Assembly: GCA_963676565.1 (NCBI GenBank)
Contig: OY781089.1
Coordinates: forward strand, 1-64,000
Direction of reading: 5' to 3'
Origin: Halarcobacter sp.
Lineage (GTDB): Bacteria > Campylobacterota > Campylobacteria > Campylobacterales > Arcobacteraceae
Length of the DNA: 64,000 bases
Of the stretch, positions 31,752-40,038 are shown piece after piece. The notes under the pieces are model-generated. The model searched no databases. It saw nothing but the letters and a program-made list of their open reading frames with translations, and was not told where the DNA came from. Position numbers and translations under genes: made by a program. Every line of letters starts with the position of its first letter. Position 1 is the first letter of the stretch.

Positions 31752-32204
31752 ATGATGTTTAAAAAAATTTTGGTGCCACTTCATCTTGACTATACAGAAA
31801 ACCATGAAAAACTTTTTGCTGGAGCATTAGAAGTTTTAAATGATGAAGAGGGGAAACTATCTTTACTATATGTAAATGAGAATAGAGCACATGGTTCTGT
31901 TTACCCTATTTTAGATGAAGAGAATGAAAAGCATTATAACCATGATGCTTATATTGAGCTAAAGAAAATTGCACAAAAGCATAAACTTCCAGAGGACAAA
32001 ATCTCTTTTAATATTAGAGATGGTTCTGCCCATAGAGAAATTCTTGAAGAAGCAAGAAGAATAAAAGCAGATGCAATTGTTATGATGGCAACAAAACCAG
32101 GACTTGGAAGCTATTTTATCAGTAGTACTCCTGAAAGAGTAATAAGACACGCAAATTGTTCAGTTTTTGTCATTAGACTTACTGATTATCAAAGTATAAA
32201 ATAA
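31752..32204 (+). CDS. Universal stress protein (TRAP-associated, TeaD-like)
   Basis: FKKILVP.., ADAIVM, SSTPERVIRHANCSVFVI. Confidence 0.88.
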   Translation: MMFKKILVPLHLDYTENHEKLFAGALEVLNDEEGKLSLLYVNENRAHGSVYPILDEENEKHYNHDAYIELKKIAQKHKLPEDKISFNIRDGSAHREILEEARRIKADAIVMMATKPGLGSYFISSTPERVIRHANCSVFVIRLTDYQSIK

Positions 32205-32221
32205 AAGCTCGTTAATAGTTT

Positions 32222-32261
32222 AAAGTTATAGGGAGAAGAACAATCTCTTTATAACTTTTTT
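32222..32261 (+). terminator. Intrinsic terminator closing gabT-dctPQM-adh-usp
   Basis: AAAGTTATAGGGAGA-N7-TCTCTTTATAACTTT, then a T run. Confidence 0.7.
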
Positions 32262-32282
32262 AAAACATTCTTAGGATAAATA

Positions 32283-33236
32283 TTGAACAAATTTAAAAAA
32301 TATGAACACTCTCCCTCATTTTTACTTTTCATTGGATTATTATCCTCTTTATTTTTTACCGTAACTTTTTTAATAAATAGATCAATTTCCCTTGATGGAG
32401 GACACTGGTTTTATTCTGGTGGTTTAAGACTTGTATATGCAATTTCATTTTTTACTTTTGGATTTATAGTTTTTAAAGGGATGTCTTATTTTAAATTAAT
32501 TATCAAAGAATATTTAGAGAATTTTATATTTTGGACAGTAGCAGGTAGTATTGGATTTGGAGGTTTTTATTCTTTACTTTGTTATTCTGCTTCTTTTTCC
32601 CCTGCATGGATTGTAGCTACAACATGGCAAATTACTATAATATCATCTTTATTTGTATTGACTTTTTTTGGCAAAAAGTTATCTAAAAAAATTTGGTTTT
32701 TTACTATATTTATTTTTACAGGAATCATTTTAGTAAATTTAAGTCATTTTGAAAGTAGTAATTTAGAAGCTCTTTTTTTAGGTTCAATTCCCGTATTTGT
32801 AGCATCCTTTTGTTATCCAATTGGAAATCAAATGGTATGGGAAGAAAAGAAAAAAAGGAAAGAAAAAAAAGAAGACTTAGGTGTAATAAACAATAGCTTT
32901 GTAAAAGTATTTTTACTTGTTTTAGGAAGTTTCCCATTTTGGGTAATTCTTTACTTTTTATCTGATCCTGTAGCACCTAATACTTCTCAATATATTAGTG
33001 TTGCAATCATTACAATAATCTCAGGAATATTAGCTACATCACTTTTTTTGTATGCTAGATCTCAAGCTACTACTTCAAGTACATTAATGATTGTAGATTC
33101 AACACAATCAAGTCAAGTTTTTTTTGCCCTAGGAGGAGAAATGCTTTTTTTAAATGCATCTTTACCTAATACACTAGGGCTAATTGGAATTGCAATAACA
33201 ATTATTGGTTTAATTGCAATAACAAAAAGTAAATAA
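32283..33236 (+). CDS. DMT-superfamily transporter (multidrug-efflux-like, B. subtilis YjlA-type)
   Basis: About ten TM segments; FF..TFLINR.ISL.GGHW, PAWIVATTWQ, YPIGNQ, GILAT.LF..A. Confidence 0.75.
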   Translation: MNKFKKYEHSPSFLLFIGLLSSLFFTVTFLINRSISLDGGHWFYSGGLRLVYAISFFTFGFIVFKGMSYFKLIIKEYLENFIFWTVAGSIGFGGFYSLLCYSASFSPAWIVATTWQITIISSLFVLTFFGKKLSKKIWFFTIFIFTGIILVNLSHFESSNLEALFLGSIPVFVASFCYPIGNQMVWEEKKKRKEKKEDLGVINNSFVKVFLLVLGSFPFWVILYFLSDPVAPNTSQYISVAIITIISGILATSLFLYARSQATTSSTLMIVDSTQSSQVFFALGGEMLFLNASLPNTLGLIGIAITIIGLIAITKSK

Positions 33237-33255
33237 TTTAGATAAGGATTATAAA

Positions 33256-33768
33256 GTGGGAAATCTAATTTCTACAAAAAATTCAGATTATGATTTACAA
33301 ATAGCAACAGTTGAAGATTCGCAATTAATTGTAACTTTCATGAAAAAACTTGGTAAATATCAAAAAATGGAAGATTTGATAACAGCAACACCTGAACGTA
33401 TAAAAAGATTATTAGAAGAAAAATTAGGGGAAGCAGTTTTTGGTATTTATAAAAAAGAGATAGTTTCTTTTGCATATTTTCATCAAAAAAGTTCCGCTTT
33501 TTCTGGTCGAAAAGGAGTTTATATTGATGCTTTTTTTATAGAAGATCATGTAAGGGGGAAAGGTTTAGGGGAAATTATGTTTCATTATCTTTCAAAGTAT
33601 TCTGTAGATATAGGTTGTGAATACCTAGAATGGGCTTGTTTAGATTGGAATAAATCAGCAATAAAATTTTATGAAAAACAAGGAGCTTATTGCATAGATA
33701 ATTTAAGACTCTATCGATTATCTCCAGATACATTATTTTTAAATTCTAAAAATTTTGTGTCAAACTAA
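33256..33768 (+). CDS. GNAT N-acetyltransferase, diamine/spermidine acetyltransferase-like
   Basis: RGKGLG acetyl-CoA motif, GC..LEW.CLDWN.SAI.FYEK.GA. Confidence 0.8.
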   Translation: MGNLISTKNSDYDLQIATVEDSQLIVTFMKKLGKYQKMEDLITATPERIKRLLEEKLGEAVFGIYKKEIVSFAYFHQKSSAFSGRKGVYIDAFFIEDHVRGKGLGEIMFHYLSKYSVDIGCEYLEWACLDWNKSAIKFYEKQGAYCIDNLRLYRLSPDTLFLNSKNFVSN

Positions 33769-33801
33769 AATAATAAATATAAATTAAATTTAAAAAAAGG
33801 A

Positions 33802-35187
33802 AAATAAATGAGTACAATAGAAGTAACATCACCATTTGATGGAAAAGTAGTAGGAAGTGTACCTTTTACAGATGTAGAAGGTGTTCAAAAAGCAATTGAT
33901 ACTGCTTATGAAAAGTTTTTAGATAAAGATAACTGGATTCCTAAGCATAAAAGAATAGAAATCTTAGAAAACTTAATGGGTATTATGTCTTCTCAGGTTG
34001 AAGAATTAACTATCCTTTGTGCTTCTGAAGGTGGTAAACCTTACATGGATTCTAAAGTTGAAATTCAAAGAGCTATCAATGGTGTTAAAATCGCTATTGA
34101 GCAAATTGGTGCTATTGAAGGTCAAGAAATTGCTATGGGTCATACTGCTTCATCTGCAAACAGAATGGCTTATACTATGAAAGAACCTATTGGGGTTGTT
34201 GCTGCAATATCAGCATTTAACCACCCATTTAACTTAGCTATTCACCAAGTAATCCCAGCTATTGCTGTTGGTTGTCCTGTTATTATCAGACCTGCAACTC
34301 AAACTCCTATGTCTGCTGTTAAATTAGTTGAATTATTAAAAGAAGCTGGTTTACCTGAAGGTTGGGCTCAAGCTGTTGTTTGTGACAGAGCTGGAGGAGA
34401 GTTATTAGTTACATCTCCAAAAACTGCTTTCTTTACATTTATTGGTTCTGGACCTGTTGGATGGTATTTAAATTCTAAGGCATCTCCTGGAACTAGATCT
34501 GCTTTAGAGCATGGTGGAGTTGCTCCTGTTATTGTTGAGCCTGATGCTGATATTGAAGCTATGATTCCTGATTTAGGAAAAGGTGGTTTTTATCATGCTG
34601 GTCAAGTTTGTGTATCAGTTCAAAGAATCTTTGTTCACGAATCAATTGCAGACGATATTGCAAACAGATTAGCTGATTATGCTAAGAACTTAGTTGTTGG
34701 AGATCAATTAGATCCTAAAACTGAGGTTGGTCCACTAATTAACCACAACGAAGTTAACAGAGTTGAAGAGTGGGTTAATGAAGCTGTTGAAAAAGGTGGA
34801 AAAATTTTAACTGGTGGAAAAAGAATTTCTGATTCTTTATATGAGCCAACAGTTATTGTTAATCCTTCTGACGATGCTATTATTTCACAAAAAGAGATTT
34901 TTGGTCCTGTAGTTGTTGTTTATTCATACAAAACTTTAGATGAGGCTATCAACAGAGCTAATCAACTTGATGTTTCATTCCAAGCTGCTGTATTTACTAA
35001 GAACATTGACACTGCACTTAAAGCTGTTAAGAGATTAAATGGTACTGCTGTTATGGTTAACGACCATACTGCATTTAGAGTTGACTGGATGCCTTTTGGT
35101 GGTGCTAAAACTTCTGGTTTAGGTTTAGGTGGTATCCCTGATTCTATGAACGAAATGCAAAACCAAAAGCTTATGGTTATTAAATCT
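33802..35187 (+). repeat. 1,386-bp direct repeat, copy B
   Basis: Offset 15,748 bp from copy A at both ends. Confidence 0.92.
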
Positions 35188-35199
35188 AGCGCTTTATAA
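33808..35199 (+). CDS. Aldehyde dehydrogenase, copy 2; probable succinate-semialdehyde dehydrogenase
   Basis: Protein identical to 18060..19451 except the C-terminal KSSAL vs KSPSL. Confidence 0.9.
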   Translation: MSTIEVTSPFDGKVVGSVPFTDVEGVQKAIDTAYEKFLDKDNWIPKHKRIEILENLMGIMSSQVEELTILCASEGGKPYMDSKVEIQRAINGVKIAIEQIGAIEGQEIAMGHTASSANRMAYTMKEPIGVVAAISAFNHPFNLAIHQVIPAIAVGCPVIIRPATQTPMSAVKLVELLKEAGLPEGWAQAVVCDRAGGELLVTSPKTAFFTFIGSGPVGWYLNSKASPGTRSALEHGGVAPVIVEPDADIEAMIPDLGKGGFYHAGQVCVSVQRIFVHESIADDIANRLADYAKNLVVGDQLDPKTEVGPLINHNEVNRVEEWVNEAVEKGGKILTGGKRISDSLYEPTVIVNPSDDAIISQKEIFGPVVVVYSYKTLDEAINRANQLDVSFQAAVFTKNIDTALKAVKRLNGTAVMVNDHTAFRVDWMPFGGAKTSGLGLGGIPDSMNEMQNQKLMVIKSSAL

Positions 35200-35203
35200 T
35201 CTT

Positions 35204-35230
35204 AAATAAGAGGATTTAATCCTCTTATTT
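35204..35230 (+). terminator. Hairpin after ALDH copy 2
   Basis: AAATAAGAGGATT-T-AATCCTCTTATTT. Confidence 0.65.
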
Positions 35231-35490
35231 ACACCTTTTTTTTCCATCTCCTTGCTTGAGATTTTTCCAAGAATATCCTATTGCAAAAAAATAATAATTA
35301 AGATAATTTAAACTCCTATAAAGCCCTTAAAATGGTTATTTTATATACAATTATTTTTATAATTTATATCCATATAAGATTATAATTTTCAACATAAATA
35401 TATATAGTTAATAAACGAAGGGGAGGCTTTAGTTTTACATAAAACTATAAGTATTTAAATATAAGTAAAAAATAAAAGGAGATTAAATAA

Positions 35491-36519
35491 ATGATAAATT
35501 TATTTAGGAGAGCTAAGAGAAATTTTTTAACAACAACAATTGTTGCCTTATTAGGTGTTATGACTTTAGTAGATACTGTAAGTGCTGCTGATTATAATTG
35601 GAGATTTGGTAATCTATATGGTAGAGGAACTGCCTTTGGTGAAGTTTATAAGAACTTAGCAGAAGGGATTGAAAAAAGATCAAATGGAAAAATCAAAGTT
35701 GAAATGAGATTTGCTGGCGAGGGTGTAGGACAAGCAGGTTTATTAGCAGCAACAAAATCTGGACTTATTACTATGGCAGCACCATTTCAGTCAATGCATG
35801 CAGGTGAATTACCTGCTGGTGTAGTTGAAATTGGTTTACCAGGTGGTACTTCTGATACTGATGAACTATATAAACTTTTTCATGAAGATGGTTGGGATAA
35901 AATTCTTAAAAAAGCATATGGTGCACAAGGTTTAGTATGGTTAGAACCTTATATCCAAACACCTGTATATATTATTACAAAAAAGCCTATTAACTCTGTT
36001 GAAGATTTCAAAGGTTTAAAAATTAGAGCTCCAGGTGCATATGGTAAATTTTTAAGAAACTTAGGTGCTACACCTGTTTCATTATCTTGGGGAGAAATAT
36101 ATACAAGTTTAGCAACTGGTGTAATTGATGGTTCAATTGGTAGTAACCTAATTGACCATAGAGATGGAAACCACGTAGAAGTTGCAAAATATATGTATAA
36201 ATTACCATTAGCAGGTGCTCAAGTTTTACCAATTGTTGTTAATAAAAGTGCTTGGAATAAACTAACTCCAGAACTTAAAAAAGCTGTTCATGCAGCAACT
36301 GTTGACCATGCAAAAGAGCAATTAGAAAAATCTAAAAAATGGGAATCGGAAGCTGTTGCAGAAATGGAAGCAAAAGGATTAAAATGGTCTCCTGAACCAT
36401 CTGCTGCTGATAAAAAAGCTTGGAAAGCTGCAGGGGCAAGTCTTTGGGATGAATACTCTTCAAAAGATAAATACTGTAAACAATTAATTGATGTGTTAAG
36501 AGCACAAGCAAGTAAATAA
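35491..36519 (+). CDS. dctP: Second, stand-alone TRAP substrate-binding protein (close paralog of 27671..28693)
   Basis: Long identical blocks shared with the first DctP, e.g. ATKSGLITMAAPFQSMHAGELPAGVVEIGLPGGT and DHRDGNHVEVAKYMYKLPLAGAQVLPIVVN. Confidence 0.9.
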   Translation: MINLFRRAKRNFLTTTIVALLGVMTLVDTVSAADYNWRFGNLYGRGTAFGEVYKNLAEGIEKRSNGKIKVEMRFAGEGVGQAGLLAATKSGLITMAAPFQSMHAGELPAGVVEIGLPGGTSDTDELYKLFHEDGWDKILKKAYGAQGLVWLEPYIQTPVYIITKKPINSVEDFKGLKIRAPGAYGKFLRNLGATPVSLSWGEIYTSLATGVIDGSIGSNLIDHRDGNHVEVAKYMYKLPLAGAQVLPIVVNKSAWNKLTPELKKAVHAATVDHAKEQLEKSKKWESEAVAEMEAKGLKWSPEPSAADKKAWKAAGASLWDEYSSKDKYCKQLIDVLRAQASK

Positions 36520-36520
36520 A

Positions 36521-36548
36521 TTTAAGAGGGGGAATTCCTCTCTTAAAA
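36521..36548 (+). terminator. Hairpin after the second dctP
   Basis: TTTAAGAGGGGG-AATT-CCTCTCTTAAA. Confidence 0.6.
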
Positions 36549-36653
36549 ACTTTTTAAATACTCTCAAAACAGCTATTTAAGCACATTTACATCAACATTT
36601 TGGTATAAGCTTTTATTAACAATAAATACAAACTATAATAGGAACAATTCATT

Positions 36654-37823
36654 ATGAATTTACATGAATACCAAGCAAAAAATCTTTATAGAAAATATGA
36701 TATCCCTACTACAAAAGGAAAACTTCTTACACATCCATCTCAACTAGATGATATACTAAGAACCTTAGGTGGAGATAAATGGGTTATCAAAGCACAAGTT
36801 CACGCAGGTGGACGTGGGAAAGTTGGTGGAGTAAAATTAGTTGAATCAAAAATTGAAGCTAATGAAGAGGTTAGACATCTTCTAGGTAGTAGATTAGTTA
36901 CTCACCAAACCGATGAGAAAGGACAACCTGTTAACTCAATTTATATTGAACAACCTTGTGATATTGTTGATGAGATCTATTTAGCATTTACAGTTGATAG
37001 AACAAGCCAACGAATTATGATAATCACTTCAGGTGAAGGTGGTATGGAGATTGAAGAAGTAGCAGAAAAATTTCCAGAAAAAATTTTAAGAAATCCAATC
37101 AATCCTGTTGTTGGTATTATGCCAGCACAATGTAGACAAATTTGTGATGACTTAGGATTAGACAAAACGTTGAGTGCACAAATGATTGATATCATGCAAA
37201 AAATCTATAAAATGTTTATAAAAAATGATTTATCACTTGTTGAAATCAATCCATTAGTTGTTACGAAACAAGGTCATATCTTATGTCTTGATGGGAAAGT
37301 GCAAATTGATAATTCAGCACTTTATAGACAGCCAAAAATGAATGAGATTAGAGATGAATCTCAGGAAAATGAACGAGAATTAAAAGCTGAAAAACTTGAT
37401 TTAAATTATGTATCTTTAGATGGTAATATTGCTTGTATGGTAAATGGAGCAGGTCTAGCTATGGCAACTATGGATTTAATTAAAACCCATGGTGGAAATC
37501 CAGCTAACTTTTTAGATGTTGGCGGAAGTGTAAATGAAAAAAGAGTTATTGAAGCCTTTGAAATTATCCTTTCTGAAAAAAATGTAGATGGTATTTTAGT
37601 AAATATTTTTGGTGGTATTGTTAGATGTGACATCATCGCTTCAGGTATTATTAGTGCTGCACAAAAAATGCAACTAGATATTCCAATTGTTGTAAGACTT
37701 GAAGGTACTAATGCAGCAGAAGGTTTAGAACTAATTAGAAACTCAGATGTAAAAGTTTTTGAAGAAGCAAATCTTGATAAAGCAGCACAAAAAATCATTG
37801 AACTATGTGGAGGGTCAAAATAA
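36654..37823 (+). CDS. sucC: Succinyl-CoA synthetase beta subunit
   Basis: [55 protein letters not shown]. Confidence 0.96.
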   Translation: MNLHEYQAKNLYRKYDIPTTKGKLLTHPSQLDDILRTLGGDKWVIKAQVHAGGRGKVGGVKLVESKIEANEEVRHLLGSRLVTHQTDEKGQPVNSIYIEQPCDIVDEIYLAFTVDRTSQRIMIITSGEGGMEIEEVAEKFPEKILRNPINPVVGIMPAQCRQICDDLGLDKTLSAQMIDIMQKIYKMFIKNDLSLVEINPLVVTKQGHILCLDGKVQIDNSALYRQPKMNEIRDESQENERELKAEKLDLNYVSLDGNIACMVNGAGLAMATMDLIKTHGGNPANFLDVGGSVNEKRVIEAFEIILSEKNVDGILVNIFGGIVRCDIIASGIISAAQKMQLDIPIVVRLEGTNAAEGLELIRNSDVKVFEEANLDKAAQKIIELCGGSK

Positions 37824-38695
37824 TGGCAATTTTAATTGATAAAAACACAAAGGTATTAGTTCAAGGTTTAACTGGTTCTCAAGCAAGTTTCCACACACAA
37901 AGAGCATTAGCATATGGAACATCAGTTGTAAGTGGTGTGGTTCCAGGTAAAAGAGGTCAGAGACATCTTGACCTTCCAATATATAATACAGTTGAGTGTG
38001 CAAAAAGATTAACAGGAGCAAATGCTTCAATTATCTATGTACCAGCTCCATTTTGTAAAGATGCCATTATTGAAGCTAGTGAAAATGGGATTGAAACAAT
38101 TGTATGTATCACAGAAGGTATTCCAACGATTGACATGCTTGATGTAAAAGCGGCAATTGATTTAAATGGTTCAACTTTAATTGGTCCAAATTGCCCAGGA
38201 ATTATTACACCAGGTCAATGTAAAATGGGAATTATGCCAGAATCAATTCATATGCCTGGAAGTGTAGGTATTATCTCAAGGTCAGGTACATTAACATATG
38301 AAGCAGTTAATCAATCAACACAAGCTGGATTTGGTCAAAGTACTTGTGTAGGAATTGGGGGAGATCCAGTTCCAGGAAGTGATTTCATTGATATTCTTAG
38401 AAGATTTCAAGATGATCCTGAGACAAAAGCAATTGTAATGATTGGTGAAATTGGTGGAGCTAAAGAGGAAGCTGCAGCTGAATTTATAAAAGAGTATGTT
38501 ACAAAACCTGTTGTTTCTTATATTGCTGGAGTTACTGCTCCAAAGGGTAAAAGAATGGGTCATGCTGGAGCTATTATTGATGGAGGTAAAGGAACTGCAG
38601 ATGAAAAATACCAAGCTTTAGATAGAGCTGGTGTTTGTACTGTTAAAACTATTACTCAAATTGGTGATGCCTTAAAAGAAGTTCACCCTAAATAA
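37823..38695 (+). CDS. sucD: Succinyl-CoA synthetase alpha subunit
   Basis: [28 protein letters not shown] phospho-His; ATG 37823 overlaps the sucC stop. Confidence 0.96.
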   Translation: MAILIDKNTKVLVQGLTGSQASFHTQRALAYGTSVVSGVVPGKRGQRHLDLPIYNTVECAKRLTGANASIIYVPAPFCKDAIIEASENGIETIVCITEGIPTIDMLDVKAAIDLNGSTLIGPNCPGIITPGQCKMGIMPESIHMPGSVGIISRSGTLTYEAVNQSTQAGFGQSTCVGIGGDPVPGSDFIDILRRFQDDPETKAIVMIGEIGGAKEEAAAEFIKEYVTKPVVSYIAGVTAPKGKRMGHAGAIIDGGKGTADEKYQALDRAGVCTVKTITQIGDALKEVHPK

Positions 38696-38702
38696 TCAAT
38701 CT

Positions 38703-38732
38703 AATTAAGAGGAGAAACTCCCCTTAATTTTT
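38703..38732. terminator. Bidirectional terminator
   Basis: AATTAAGAGGAG-AAA-CTCCCCTTAATT-TTTT. Confidence 0.65.
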
Positions 38733-39154
38733 TAGTAACTTAATGTTGCAAAATCATCATTTAGAAGTTGTGCAGCTACTTTTGGTGGTTTAGCTACAGT
38801 GATTCCTTCAAGTAATACTGACTTATCTAAACCAGCATTTGGTAAAAATAGTGGACATACTTGAACATTAGCACCTTTTTTTATTAAACCTTTAAGTAAC
38901 ATTTTTGGACTTACATCTTTTGGTTTTAATTTAGGACTAGGAGCACCTTTAACAGCTAAATTACCAGCTTCAGAGCATAATGTAACGTTAACCATTTTCT
39001 TTTGTTTTAATGTCATAGTTGATAAAACCATTGCCATTAATTGAGTTTGAGCATCAGCAGCAGTAAGAACTACGTTTAGTCCTTTTTTTTCATCAGCCAT
39101 TGCACCTGTTGTTAATAAAGCTGATATAGCAGCGATAGAAAGTAATTTCTTCAT
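38732..39154 (-). CDS. Secreted DsrE-family protein
   Basis: Sec signal MKKLLS..AMA-D; DsrE-like LIKKGANVQVCP and second Cys (TLCSEAG); ATG 39154 after GGAG. Confidence 0.65.
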   Translation of the reverse strand: MKKLLSIAAISALLTTGAMADEKKGLNVVLTAADAQTQLMAMVLSTMTLKQKKMVNVTLCSEAGNLAVKGAPSPKLKPKDVSPKMLLKGLIKKGANVQVCPLFLPNAGLDKSVLLEGITVAKPPKVAAQLLNDDFATLSY

Positions 39155-39303
39155 ATATTTCTCCAAATTATTAGTTTGGATTAATTTTCATGCCCGATGA
39201 TTATAATAGTTTTATACTTAAATAAATTATAAATTACTTTTTTAATTAAACTGTGTAATATTAAAACTAAAGTAAAATTAGCCTTTTTATAAAGTGAGTT
39301 TAT

Positions 39304-40038
39304 ATGAATTTGACATCTAATCAAATAGAACAATTTAATAATGATGGTTTTTTAGTTTTAAAAGATTTTGTATCACATGAATTTTGTGATGAAATAACGA
39401 AAAAAGCAAAGAACCATTTAGAACAAAAGATTGCCCCAATAGAATCAGAACAAGAGTACTTAAATTTTAACGATAATAAAATTACTGTTAGAAGATTAAG
39501 ACAAGTTTATGATAGAGAAGATATTTTTAAAGAATGGATGACCTACAAAAAGATAAGACCTATTTTAAAACAGCTTTTAAATGATGAAATAGTTTTAACA
39601 TTAGCCCACCATAACTCTATCATGACTAAACTTCCAAAAGAGAGTACAAGAACCTATTGGCATCAGGATAGAAGATATTGGCATTATGAAAATGATAATT
39701 TAATATCTGTATGGCTAGCCTTAGATGATGAGTTTATAGAAAATGGTTTATTAGAGTTTATTCCTAGTAGTCATAAAATGAACTTTAGTTCAAACAGATT
39801 TGATAATGATTCAAATTTTTTAGATGAAAATGAAGATAATATTGCACTGATTAATAAAAAAGTTTCAACACCTTTGCAAAAAGGTGATGTAGTTTTATTT
39901 CATTGTAAAACTTTACACCATGCAAATAAAAACAATACTAAAAAAGCAAAAATCTCTTTTGTATATACAGTAAGAGGAAAAAACAATAAACCACTTACAA
40001 ATACAAGAAGTGATTTCAAGGAAATAGAACTTGACTAA
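39304..40038 (+). CDS. Phytanoyl-CoA dioxygenase (PhyH) family Fe(II)/2-oxoglutarate dioxygenase
   Basis: F.NDGFLV, WHQD, WLALDD..ENG.L.FIP.SH, KGDVVLFH..TLH. Confidence 0.85.
   Translation: MNLTSNQIEQFNNDGFLVLKDFVSHEFCDEITKKAKNHLEQKIAPIESEQEYLNFNDNKITVRRLRQVYDREDIFKEWMTYKKIRPILKQLLNDEIVLTLAHHNSIMTKLPKESTRTYWHQDRRYWHYENDNLISVWLALDDEFIENGLLEFIPSSHKMNFSSNRFDNDSNFLDENEDNIALINKKVSTPLQKGDVVLFHCKTLHHANKNNTKKAKISFVYTVRGKNNKPLTNTRSDFKEIELD

Noticed and set aside
18054..35187. Composite transposon or integrative element bounded by the repeats
   Set aside because: The repeats are an ALDH gene; no transposase, integrase, terminal inverted repeats or tRNA att site seen
27671..40038. Ectoine uptake or hydroxylation (TeaABCD-like TRAP plus USP; PhyH as EctD)
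   Set aside because: The dioxygenase lacks the EctD signature (WHSDFETWH), no ectoine hydrolase or deacetylase is visible, and the aminotransferase is GabT-like
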